From Phycisphaeraceae bacterium (lineage in GTDB: Bacteria; Planctomycetota; Phycisphaerae; Phycisphaerales; Phycisphaeraceae): 64,000 nucleotides of DNA. The stretch lies in NCBI GenBank assembly GCA_963674705.1, contig OY771506.1:1984001-2048000 (forward strand). The letters run 5' to 3'. The position numbers and the translations under genes were made by a program. The notes below the pieces were generated by a model. That model ran no database searches. It was not told where the DNA came from and saw only the letters and a program-made list of their open reading frames with translations. Numbering within the stretch: the stretch's first letter is position 1; each line of letters begins with the position of its first letter. Of this stretch, positions 1 to 9,105 are shown piece by piece.

Positions 1-483
1 ACTGGCACAGCAGGAAGGTGCTGGCCTGGCGATTGAGCAACACGATGGAAGCGTCATTCTGCGTCGAGGCGTTGGAAGAAGCGCTGAGCAAGCACGGCCC
101 GCCGCAGATCATCAACACCGATCAGGGCAGCCAGTTCACCGGCCTGGAATGGACCGAAACAGTGAAGAGCGCGGGCGCGAAGGTATCGATGGACGGCAAA
201 GGCCGATGGATGGACAACGTGTTCATCGAACGTCTGTGGCGGAGCCTGAAGTACGAATGCGTGTACCTGCACGCGTGGGACAGAGGCAGCGAAGCTCGCG
301 CCGGGATCAATGAATGGCTGCGGTTCTACAACACCGAGCGTCCGCACTCGACACTCGCTGGACGGACGCCGGACGAAGCGTATGATGGAAAACCTATAAC
401 CGGACCGCCGCTGGCCGCGGCATAAACCCGTTGGCCCACCTTATTCAGGCCAACCGGCTGTCCAAGATTTGGGGACCAGCTCT
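1..483 (+). mobile_element. IS3-family insertion sequence, 3' part (copy 1, cut by window edge)
   Basis: Reverse-complement match to 7528-8010; transposase C-terminus plus terminal IR AACCGGCTGTCCAAGATTTGGGGACCAGCTCT at 452-483. Confidence 0.95.
3..425 (+). CDS. IS3-family transposase OrfB, C-terminal integrase core (partial)
   Basis: Motifs NTDQGSQF, DNVFIERLWRSLKYE, YNTERPHS; same translation as copy 2. Confidence 0.95.
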   Translation, partial: WHSRKVLAWRLSNTMEASFCVEALEEALSKHGPPQIINTDQGSQFTGLEWTETVKSAGAKVSMDGKGRWMDNVFIERLWRSLKYECVYLHAWDRGSEARAGINEWLRFYNTERPHSTLAGRTPDEAYDGKPITGPPLAAA

Positions 484-885
484 TCTCAATAATCCAGCCT
501 TCCGGATTAACCTGCAACCACACAATGGACAGACACCGCCGAGGATTCGTGCGTACGCGATTATTGACACGCGGCTAATTTAAAATCATTCCTGATTGTC
601 TACCCAGACAAACCCTTACATTTCCCAACATATCTATCTGTATCTGTGATACTTGTCATTCTAAACACACGGCCAATAAGTGAAATCTGTTATTGCAGCC
701 TTTGTTCTTGTTCCTGAAGCGACACGATATGGCACTCGTCAGTACTGATCCGCCGCTGCGATGTAAACCCGGCAATAATCCGCAAGCATAACCACGATTA
801 TATTCAGACATCACTATCTGTTATATTAGACCGCATTGTTTCGGGTTCCATTTTCAACACATCTCTATTTGAAAGGAGCGACTTG

Positions 886-2325
886 ATGTCCAAAGCTCGA
901 ACCTCCCTCTGTTTCTGCGCGGTGCTGCCGTGGCTCGTAGCCACCACAGCGCTGGCGGACGAAAACCCGCCGCCGCCGGACGCCGGCCTCAAGCAACTGA
1001 TGCAGCGGATCGACAATCAGCAGGCCCAGATCGAAGCGATGCGAACACGACTGACCGAAGTCGAAGCCGACAACGCGCGCCTGCGTGCCGATCAAAACGG
1101 CACCTGGCTGACCGAACAGCGCGAAGTGCAGCTTCGTCAGTTGATCAACGAAGTGATCTCGGACGCCGATGCTCGCACCAGCATGCTCGACGACAACATG
1201 ACCGCCGGCTGGGACGGCAACTTCTTCCTTAAAAGCAGCGACAACAGCTTCCTGCTTAACGTCTCAGGTCAGATGCAGTCACGGTTCATGCTGTCCACCT
1301 CGGACAACGCCTACGACGGCGCTACCTCTTCCGATCTGGACAACACACGCCACGGCTTCGAGATGACGCGCATCCGACTGATGTACACCGGGCACGTCAT
1401 CGATCCAACCTGGCGCTACGGCGTGCAGCATGGCTTCAACCAGAACGGCGACAGCCTGCTCCTGGATGCATGGGTCGACAAAGACCTCGGCGACGGCTGG
1501 GCCCTACGCTTCGGCCAATTCAAAACGCCTCTGCTGCATGAGTTCCTGGTCTCGACAAAGAAGCAGCTCTTCGTTGAACGCTCGCACATGGCACAAGCAC
1601 TATCCGGCAGGTACACACAAGGCGTCATGCTCACGAAGCGGACCGACGAGCTGAACCTGTCGCTGGCGCTTAGCGATGGATTGAACGCCGCCAACTCTTC
1701 TTACAGTTCAGAAGGGGTCGAAGGCGTTGCCGTCACCAGCCGCGCCGAGTGGCTTGCGGTAGGCGATAGCTGGAAACCCTACAACGATCTGACCAGTTGG
1801 CCCGATGGCAAGCCCATGGTTGTGATCGGCGGCGCGGGACACTTCCAGCAAGGCGAATACGGCACCGGCGGCACAACCCTGAGCACCGGCGACGAAGCAA
1901 CGACGTATCGCTGGGCCGTCGACACCACGATCGAAAACGGCGGATCGACGTTCCTCATCGCTTTCGTCGGCGACCACGTCCGCGATGCAGACCTTGTGGA
2001 AGATCGCGATGCCTACGAACTGCTCGTGCAGGCCGGTGTATTCGTTACCGAAGACTTCGAACTGATCGGCCGGTACGAATGGGGCAACCTCGATGTCGAT
2101 GGCGTCGAAGACCTCAGCATACTGACCGTCGGCTTCAACAAGTACATCTCCGGACATGCCTTGAAGTGGACCACCGATGTGGGTTACTCATTCAACGCGC
2201 TCAACCGTGTCAAGGTCAACGGCAACACGTTCGGCTACCCGATCGAGTTCCAGGGATGGCGCCCGGATGCTTCCGACTCAGACGGTCAGATTGTCCTGCG
2301 CTCGCAATTGCAGTTACTCTTTTAA
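886..2325 (+). CDS. Outer-membrane porin (OprO/OprP-like beta-barrel) with N-terminal coiled coil
   Basis: Signal peptide, coiled-coil stretch, amphipathic beta strands, RFGQFKTP motif, C-terminal Phe (QLQLLF); SD GAAAGGAG before ATG 886. Confidence 0.75.
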   Translation: MSKARTSLCFCAVLPWLVATTALADENPPPPDAGLKQLMQRIDNQQAQIEAMRTRLTEVEADNARLRADQNGTWLTEQREVQLRQLINEVISDADARTSMLDDNMTAGWDGNFFLKSSDNSFLLNVSGQMQSRFMLSTSDNAYDGATSSDLDNTRHGFEMTRIRLMYTGHVIDPTWRYGVQHGFNQNGDSLLLDAWVDKDLGDGWALRFGQFKTPLLHEFLVSTKKQLFVERSHMAQALSGRYTQGVMLTKRTDELNLSLALSDGLNAANSSYSSEGVEGVAVTSRAEWLAVGDSWKPYNDLTSWPDGKPMVVIGGAGHFQQGEYGTGGTTLSTGDEATTYRWAVDTTIENGGSTFLIAFVGDHVRDADLVEDRDAYELLVQAGVFVTEDFELIGRYEWGNLDVDGVEDLSILTVGFNKYISGHALKWTTDVGYSFNALNRVKVNGNTFGYPIEFQGWRPDASDSDGQIVLRSQLQLLF

Positions 2326-2489
2326 CCAAACAGGAAAGACGTAAAGACCATGTTGCATGGACTTGAAATCCTGACTTACCAGTGACTCCGCTGCCTTCGG
2401 CGGGGCATGGTGTCCCGCGATCAGCACGTCACCTAGCGGCGACGCCGACTGTGGGCCTCCCCTCAGCGCGCGTTGCCGAGGAGGCTCAC

Positions 2490-3668
2490 ATGCCTAAGTA
2501 CATTTTGTTTCTATGTCTGTTTGCCGTAGCCCTCGTCGGCTGCGACAACAAACAACCCCCTGAAAACCAGGAAACCTCAACACAATCCCAGGCCGCGCAG
2601 GATCAACCGCTGCTGTTGCGCGTCGGCCACGTCGGCCACGACCATCACCTCGCGCTCTATGTCGCCGCATTACAAAGTGAACGCTTCAAAGCGGATTACG
2701 ACCTCTACCTCAAGCCGGTCAAAGATCGTGAGGTCTACGAGCTTATCGAAGCGGACCACACCGTCGCGCGACTGCAACTGTTAAAAGTCGGAGGCGGATC
2801 TAAGATGCCCGCCGCGATGAGCCGGGGCGAGATCGACATCGGCCTCGGCGGCGTGACCGCGGTCGCCGCGTTTGCCGACGAGGGTGAACCCTTCAAAATC
2901 CTCTGCCCCTTGCAGACGGATGGTGACATGCTTGTCATGCTGCCGGATTCACCTGCCGAAGACTGGGCATCGTTCGTCAAACTCGCACGTGAATCGGATA
3001 AACCCCTGCGCATCGGCTACAAAGCGCCGGTCGCGGTGGCGAAGCTGATATTCGAGCGTGCCTTGCAGGCTGAAGGGCTCAAGTACACGCTTGATGCCGG
3101 CGACGACGACATTGACATCGTCCTCATCAACTTCGGCTCCGAAGCCGGTCCCATCCCGTTGATGGAGCGCGGCGAACTGGACGGCTACGTCATGAATCAA
3201 CCCGGCGTGGCGATGGCGGTTCATAAAGGCGTCGGCAAAGTCATAGCGCAACTGCGCGACCTGCCTCCCGCCGGGCAGTGGGTGGACCACCCCTGCTGCT
3301 GCGTGACCGCAACCGAAACGACAATGGCAGAGCATCACGAACCGTTGGTAGCGTTTCTCAAGCTGCTCTTGCTTTCGACGCAACTGATCCAGGATGAGCC
3401 ACAGTTAGCAATCGACTCCGCGGTCACATGGGCAAAGAACCCGCGCGAAGTGGAGCAGCAATCGATCCCGACGATCAGCTACGTCTGCGAGCCGACCGAA
3501 TCGTGGCTTGCCGGCATGCGAACGTGGGCCCAGATGGCTGAAGATATCGACCTGTTCAAGGATCGCTACGCCGAAGTCTCGCCGCAGCAGTTCGTGGACG
3601 ACTTATGCGATCTATCCATCGTGAACGCAGCGATGAAAGACTTGCGTGACCGCGGTATGCTTCAGTAG
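2490..3668 (+). CDS. NitT/TauT-family ABC substrate-binding lipoprotein
   Basis: SD GAGGAGG before ATG 2490; lipobox LVGC; GEIDIG and DHPCC motifs; adjacent permease and ATPase. Confidence 0.85.
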   Translation: MPKYILFLCLFAVALVGCDNKQPPENQETSTQSQAAQDQPLLLRVGHVGHDHHLALYVAALQSERFKADYDLYLKPVKDREVYELIEADHTVARLQLLKVGGGSKMPAAMSRGEIDIGLGGVTAVAAFADEGEPFKILCPLQTDGDMLVMLPDSPAEDWASFVKLARESDKPLRIGYKAPVAVAKLIFERALQAEGLKYTLDAGDDDIDIVLINFGSEAGPIPLMERGELDGYVMNQPGVAMAVHKGVGKVIAQLRDLPPAGQWVDHPCCCVTATETTMAEHHEPLVAFLKLLLLSTQLIQDEPQLAIDSAVTWAKNPREVEQQSIPTISYVCEPTESWLAGMRTWAQMAEDIDLFKDRYAEVSPQQFVDDLCDLSIVNAAMKDLRDRGMLQ

Positions 3669-3680
3669 AAAGTAAGTTCT

Positions 3681-4523
3681 ATGTCAGTTTCACGTCAGGC
3701 TTCGAGGATCGCGCTGGGGTTAGTCATCCCCTGCGCGGTTCTCGTGGTCTGGCACTTCGCATCACGCCACAGCGCGGTGGTCCCGTCGGTCGCATCGGTC
3801 GTTAATGTATTGATACATCCCTGGCAATCACCGCCGACGCTTGACTCGACATCGCTGGCATCGGGCGCGTTGATCAGCGTGCTGCGCGTCGCGTGTGGAT
3901 TCACGCTTGCGGCAATCACCGCTGTGCCCATCGGTTTGATCGTCGGGCGCAACCGCACCGCGCGCGACATACTCAACCCCGTCATCGCCGCCGCAATGGT
4001 CATCAGCCCGATCGCCTGGATACCCGTCGCGATCATCGTCTTCGGATTATCGAGCCCGGCCTCGAGTATGTACGGCGACGAAGCATGGCGCTACGGGATG
4101 TTTGACCAACTGCGCTACGCGATCATCGCAGTCATCTGGATGGGCGCGTTCTTCCCGATCGTACTCGACACCGCGGCAGGCGCCTCATCCGTTCGTGAAG
4201 CGCATCTCGAAGCGGTGCAGGTCTACGGCGCAACTCGTATGCAACGATTGCGCTTCGTTATCCTGCCCGCCGCTGCGCCCGCGATCGTCACCGGCCTGCG
4301 CGTCGGCGGCGGCATCGCGTGGCGCGTCATCATCGCCGCCGAAATCTTCCCCGGAACACGTAGTGGGCTCGGTTACATGATTACCACCGCACACGATCAG
4401 GCCGCCTACGAATACGCCTTCGCCTCGATCATCGTCATCGGTGCGATCGGCCTGGTCCTCGACGGCCTGTTACGCCTCGCCGCACACCGGGTCACACGAT
4501 GGCAGGTCAAGGAGCGCTCGTGA
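3681..4523 (+). CDS. NitT/TauT-family ABC permease
   Basis: TM helices; PIAWIP, EAA-like loop, AAPAIVTGLR and IAAE motifs. Confidence 0.9.
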   Translation: MSVSRQASRIALGLVIPCAVLVVWHFASRHSAVVPSVASVVNVLIHPWQSPPTLDSTSLASGALISVLRVACGFTLAAITAVPIGLIVGRNRTARDILNPVIAAAMVISPIAWIPVAIIVFGLSSPASSMYGDEAWRYGMFDQLRYAIIAVIWMGAFFPIVLDTAAGASSVREAHLEAVQVYGATRMQRLRFVILPAAAPAIVTGLRVGGGIAWRVIIAAEIFPGTRSGLGYMITTAHDQAAYEYAFASIIVIGAIGLVLDGLLRLAAHRVTRWQVKERS

Positions 4524-5305
4524 ACGATCAAAACGACATGATCCGATTCGAGCAGGTCGACCGCCACTTCCACACCGAGGCGCGCGGCGAGGTCCGGGCG
4601 CTGCGCCGGTTCGACATGACCGCAAAACGAGGCAACCTGACTTGCGTGCTCGGTCCGTCGGGCTGCGGCAAGACAACACTGCTGCGCCTCGCCGCGGGAC
4701 TGGATAAACCCGACGGCGGACGCGTGTTTCTTAATGGTCAAGCTGTAAACGGGCCGGCGAAGAATATCAGCCTCATGTCGCAGGAAGGTTCGTTACTTCC
4801 CTGGCGAAGCGTGCGTGGCAACATCGCACTGGGTTTGCAGGTGCAGGGCGTCGGCCGCGCTGCAAGGCGCAAACGCGCAGAAGCGTTATTGCAGCGCGTG
4901 CATCTACCAACCAACGTTGGCCGCAGTTATCCGCACGAGTTGTCGGGCGGGATGCGCAGGCGCGTCGCGCTGGCACGGGCGCTGTGCACGAATCCATCCG
5001 TGTTGCTGATGGATGAGCCGTTCGCAGGCGTGGATGAACCGACGCGCCATCAGTTGCAGAACGAATTGCTCAACGTCTGGTCAGCAGATAAACAGACCAT
5101 TCTCTTCGTAACGCACAGCCTGGAAGAAGCGGTCTACCTGGCGGATCGCGTGATCGTGATGACCTTCGCCCGCGCAGTCGCACAGTTCGAGATCGACCTG
5201 CCCCGACCGCGAAACCGCCTGTCTGAACCGTTCGTCAAGCAACTCGTCGCCGTCCGCGAAGCCCTGGAAGCTTCATCGGAATATAACCAGACGATCAAGC
5301 ACTGA
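4520..5305 (+). CDS. NitT/TauT-family ABC ATP-binding protein
   Basis: Walker A GPSGCGKT, signature LSGGMRRR, Walker B LLMDEPF, VTH; GTG start overlaps permease TGA. Confidence 0.95.
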   Translation: MNDQNDMIRFEQVDRHFHTEARGEVRALRRFDMTAKRGNLTCVLGPSGCGKTTLLRLAAGLDKPDGGRVFLNGQAVNGPAKNISLMSQEGSLLPWRSVRGNIALGLQVQGVGRAARRKRAEALLQRVHLPTNVGRSYPHELSGGMRRRVALARALCTNPSVLLMDEPFAGVDEPTRHQLQNELLNVWSADKQTILFVTHSLEEAVYLADRVIVMTFARAVAQFEIDLPRPRNRLSEPFVKQLVAVREALEASSEYNQTIKH

Positions 5306-5482
5306 TCTATTGCAATGACAGGTTGCATTAATGCCCACAAGATGCAATCGGTGTACCTCGATCGTCAAAACACCCAAGCCGATCCACCACATACAATCAG
5401 AACAAATCCCCTATTTTATCTGGTAAAACAGTCTATAATGTATAATGAATGACTCGCACACTTGCAGGTAAAGGGGCGAAAC

Positions 5483-6838
5483 TTGGCACATCACATCCGC
5501 CGATTCGCGTTCATCCTCTTCGTTCTCGCTTTGAACAGCGCTGCTTCAGCGCTACAGAACGATGAAGTGTTTTTGTTCTCTTACTTCGACAGCAACGGCG
5601 AGAACGGCGCGTACCTTGCGATGAGTGAAGATGGCAGAACGTTCACCGAACTTAACGGCGGCAACGTTGTCTTCACCCCGCCCGCGTGGTCCGATGGCGA
5701 TGTGCTTACACGCGATCCATCTATCGTGTATCACGATGGCACGTTTAACATGGTGTGGACAAGCGACTGGTGGGGAAACAATTTCGGCACCGCAAGCTCG
5801 ACGGACCTGCTTAACTGGTCGACGCCGGTGCAGGTATTCCCGTTCGATGGTTTTGCTGCTGAAGATCAGCCTTGGAACGTCTGGGCGCCGGAGTTGCATT
5901 ACGACCCGACCAGCGGTGATCACTTTGTTGTCTGGTCTTCCACGACCGATGCAGAACGCTACGACGGTGACGGCAGCGAGGACGGGCACGGCAGCGACCA
6001 CGTCATGTACTACTCCCGCACGAGCGACTTCCAGACCTTCACGCCGGCGGAAGTCTTCTTCGACCAGGGATGGAGCGTGATCGATGGCAGTGCGGCATAC
6101 GACGACCGCGGCACCACCGATACCAGCGACGATCGTTGGGTAATGGTCGTGAAGAACGAACGTTTAGTGACTGACCCGGACCCGTCGGGCAAGAACCTGC
6201 GCTTGACTTATCTCGACAGCACGATCGATTGGAACACGTTTGATTACTCTGATTGGAGTGCTGCGGAAGACCCGATCATCGGGCAAGGCACCGCGATACA
6301 ACCGGTCGATGCCGAAGGACCAATCCTGGTTAAGAACGGCGACGAATGGCTTATTTACTGGGATAAATACGCCAACGGCGACTACGGCCTGGCGTCATCG
6401 ACAGACCTTCAAAACTGGACGGATGAGACCAATAACTTCCAACTGTTCGATTCGTACGGCAACGAGATCACTCACCCACGCCACGGCACGGTCTTCATCG
6501 CGCCGCGCAGCGCGATCAGCTTCGACATCATGTCCTATGCACGCAGCGACCTGAACAACGACGAAGATATCACGCTCGACGATTGGATCATCTTCACCGA
6601 TTACCACCTGGCTGACCTTTCCGGTTTGAGCGATCCATCACTCTTCGGCGACCTCGACGGCGACGGTGACAACGACTACCTCGACTTCCGCCTGTTCCAA
6701 CTCGACTACGATGCCTACAACGGTGCCGGCAGCTTCCAGGCGATGCTCGCCACAGTCCCCGAACCGATGTCCGCTTTGTCGTTCACAGCCGTCGGCCTAA
6801 CCCTCACCAGCCTGCCCCGCCGCCGACGTGTTGGTTGA
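5483..6838 (+). CDS. Secreted GH43-like five-bladed propeller glycoside hydrolase with dockerin-like repeats and PEP-CTERM
   Basis: FLFSYF, RDPSI, WAPE, IDG, EGP, RHG motifs; DLNNDEDI and GDLDGDGD repeats; VPEP-TM-RRRR tail; start TTG uncertain. Confidence 0.8.
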   Translation: MAHHIRRFAFILFVLALNSAASALQNDEVFLFSYFDSNGENGAYLAMSEDGRTFTELNGGNVVFTPPAWSDGDVLTRDPSIVYHDGTFNMVWTSDWWGNNFGTASSTDLLNWSTPVQVFPFDGFAAEDQPWNVWAPELHYDPTSGDHFVVWSSTTDAERYDGDGSEDGHGSDHVMYYSRTSDFQTFTPAEVFFDQGWSVIDGSAAYDDRGTTDTSDDRWVMVVKNERLVTDPDPSGKNLRLTYLDSTIDWNTFDYSDWSAAEDPIIGQGTAIQPVDAEGPILVKNGDEWLIYWDKYANGDYGLASSTDLQNWTDETNNFQLFDSYGNEITHPRHGTVFIAPRSAISFDIMSYARSDLNNDEDITLDDWIIFTDYHLADLSGLSDPSLFGDLDGDGDNDYLDFRLFQLDYDAYNGAGSFQAMLATVPEPMSALSFTAVGLTLTSLPRRRRVG

Positions 6839-7146
6839 AGTTGACCCCCTAAACCAATCCCCCGCCGCCCGCAAACGAGCGGGCCCGCAACCCCGACTTA
6901 TCCACCACTCTCCGTGCGCACAGCCTTGTCGCGATCGCCCCCCATGCGCACAAACCCGGTTTTTTTGCCACGCTTGACACCCCCGCCACAGACTTCGGCG
7001 CACAAACACGACGCCCCCATCAAATTTTACTCAAAATTTCCAAATTCACACCCGTCCTCGGACCTCAACCCCGCTCTATCCGCCGCTTCGCACGACCTCG
7101 GATCAGGCAACGATCAATCCCGGATGAAAGATTGGGGAACGGTGAT

Positions 7147-7176
7147 AAACGCTGATTAACGCTGATCTTCGCTGAT
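7147..7176. repeat. 10-bp tandem repeat x3 (nnnCGCTGAT)
   Basis: AAACGCTGAT TAACGCTGAT CTTCGCTGAT. Confidence 0.6.
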
Positions 7177-7585
7177 GGGCAGATTGGCGTGAAGCGGTGC
7201 AAGAGAATTTAACAATCCTGCTTGATGGGTGCCACACTTTGACTCAGCAGGAGCAAAGTGTGAATCAACCAGCACACCTTGTCGCTACGCGATCAAGATG
7301 TGGCACCCGGCAATATGATTCTGTGTTGAAATCAGATGTAATGTTACCTAATGACAAGATATTTCCGATGCTAACAACTGAAACCGCAGTGATATATACT
7401 GACTAGCCACGCCACCGGCAGCATTTTGTTAAAGCCTTTATTATAGGGCCTTTACATGAATAGGCCCCTGTAGTATACTTAATTTTGTGAATTATTTGCC
7501 ATTATGAGCATCGAATATGGTGGGTTCAGAGCTGGTCCCCAAATCTTGGACAGCCGGTTGGCCTGAATAAGGTGGGCCAACGGGT

Positions 7586-8467
7586 TTATGCCGCGGCCAG
7601 CGGCGGTCCGGTTATAGGTTTTCCATCATACGCTTCGTCCGGCGTCCGTCCAGCGAGTGTCGAGTGCGGACGCTCGGTGTTGTAGAACCGCAGCCATTCA
7701 TTGATCCCGGCGCGAGCTTCGCTGCCTCTGTCCCACGCGTGCAGGTACACGCATTCGTACTTCAGGCTCCGCCACAGACGTTCGATGAACACGTTGTCCA
7801 TCCATCGGCCTTTGCCGTCCATCGATACCTTCGCGCCCGCGCTCTTCACTGTTTCGGTCCATTCCAGGCCGGTGAACTGGCTGCCCTGATCGGTGTTGAT
7901 GATCTGCGGCGGGCCGTGCTTGCTCAGCGCTTCTTCCAACGCCTCGACGCAGAATGACGCTTCCATCGTGTTGCTCAATCGCCAGGCCAGCACCTTCCTG
8001 CTGTGCCAGTCCATGACCGCAACGAGGTACAAAAAGCCGCGTCGCATCGGGATGTATGTGATGTCGGCGCACCACACATGACCCGGCTGATCAATCTTCA
8101 GATTCCGCAGCAGGTACGGATACACCTTGTTTTCAAGGCATTTGACGCTGGTCTTCGGGGCCTGGTAGATCGGCGTCAAACCCATCTGGCGCATCAATCG
8201 ACGCACACGCTTGCGGCCGACGTTGTAGCCAAGCCGACGCAACCAACGCATCATCTGCCGGCTGCCGTAGAACGGCGTGCACAGGAACTGTCGGTCGATC
8301 AGACGCATCAGCTTCAGGTTCAACGGGCTCTCGCCTTTGCCTGAAAAGTAAAACGACGATCGGCTGATCGACACCAGCCCACACTGACGCACGATGCTCA
8401 GCTCGGGGTGCTTGGGTTCGACCATGTCGCAGCGGCGGCCGTGGCTCAAAGCCCCAACCCTTTTTTT
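7586..8467 (-). CDS. IS3 transposase OrfB (DDE), reached by -1 frameshift from orfA
   Basis: PFYGSR, WCADITY, DWHSR, TDQGSQF, ERLWRSLKYE. Confidence 0.93.
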   Translation of the reverse strand, partial: KKRVGALSHGRRCDMVEPKHPELSIVRQCGLVSISRSSFYFSGKGESPLNLKLMRLIDRQFLCTPFYGSRQMMRWLRRLGYNVGRKRVRRLMRQMGLTPIYQAPKTSVKCLENKVYPYLLRNLKIDQPGHVWCADITYIPMRRGFLYLVAVMDWHSRKVLAWRLSNTMEASFCVEALEEALSKHGPPQIINTDQGSQFTGLEWTETVKSAGAKVSMDGKGRWMDNVFIERLWRSLKYECVYLHAWDRGSEARAGINEWLRFYNTERPHSTLAGRTPDEAYDGKPITGPPLAAA

Positions 8468-8727
8468 AAAAAGTCCTTCTCGATGGTCAGCTCGCCGATC
8501 TTCGCGTGCAGCTCTTTGATCTGCTCGTCGGATGCCTGCGGGTCCTTGCCGCCGCCACGGGCAAAAAGCTGGGCCGCCTCCTGTGCCAGCAGCTTCTTCC
8601 ACCCGCCGATCATGTTCGGATGCACGTCGTACTTCTTGGCGATCTCCGCCACCGTCAACTCGCCACGCAGCGCCTCCAGCGCCACCTTCGCCTTGAATTC
8701 AGCCGTAAATCGTCGTCGCTTGCTCAT
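8446..8727 (-). CDS. IS3 transposase OrfA (HTH)
   Basis: RRRFTAEFKAKVALEAL...IAKKYDVHPNMIGGWKK...IGELTIEKDFLKK. Confidence 0.93.
   Translation of the reverse strand: MSKRRRFTAEFKAKVALEALRGELTVAEIAKKYDVHPNMIGGWKKLLAQEAAQLFARGGGKDPQASDEQIKELHAKIGELTIEKDFLKKGLGL
8460..8473 (-). promoter_or_regulatory. Programmed -1 ribosomal frameshift site (CTTTTTAAAAAAAG)
   Basis: A7G slippery run where orfA (FLKKG) and orfB (FKKRV) overlap in the -1 frame. Confidence 0.85.
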
Positions 8728-9105
8728 CAAGTAAGTCCTTTCAAATCTGCAGACCAGCCCACTTTAACCGGCTGTCCAAGATTTGGGGACCAGCTCTAGA
8801 TGAAGTTGTGTGCTCAGCGTCGTTGCTCATAAGCAAGAAGTCTAAATAACATCCTTATATAGTAGTATCATGTTTGAAGCGGTTCTTTTTTTATGAAACT
8901 GATTTATACGGGATTGGTTAACCTCCCATAAATCTTTTGTCGACTTGTCACAATGGTATTCATACCCGGAATTTGTATGGCGATATAGTAGTATTGTTCT
9001 GACTTTATCAGCCAGTTACTAGGCGTCACTTGATTTCGGTCTGATGGCAGTCGAACGAGCGGGAATGTGTAGTTCTGCGGTGATGGCACCGGAGCGTGTT
9101 AAGTC

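Larger units (their letters stand above)
7528..8797 (-). mobile_element. Complete IS3-family insertion sequence, 1270 bp (copy 2)
   Basis: Perfect 32-bp terminal IRs at 7528-7559 and 8766-8797; orfA/orfB with -1 frameshift signal. Confidence 0.97.
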
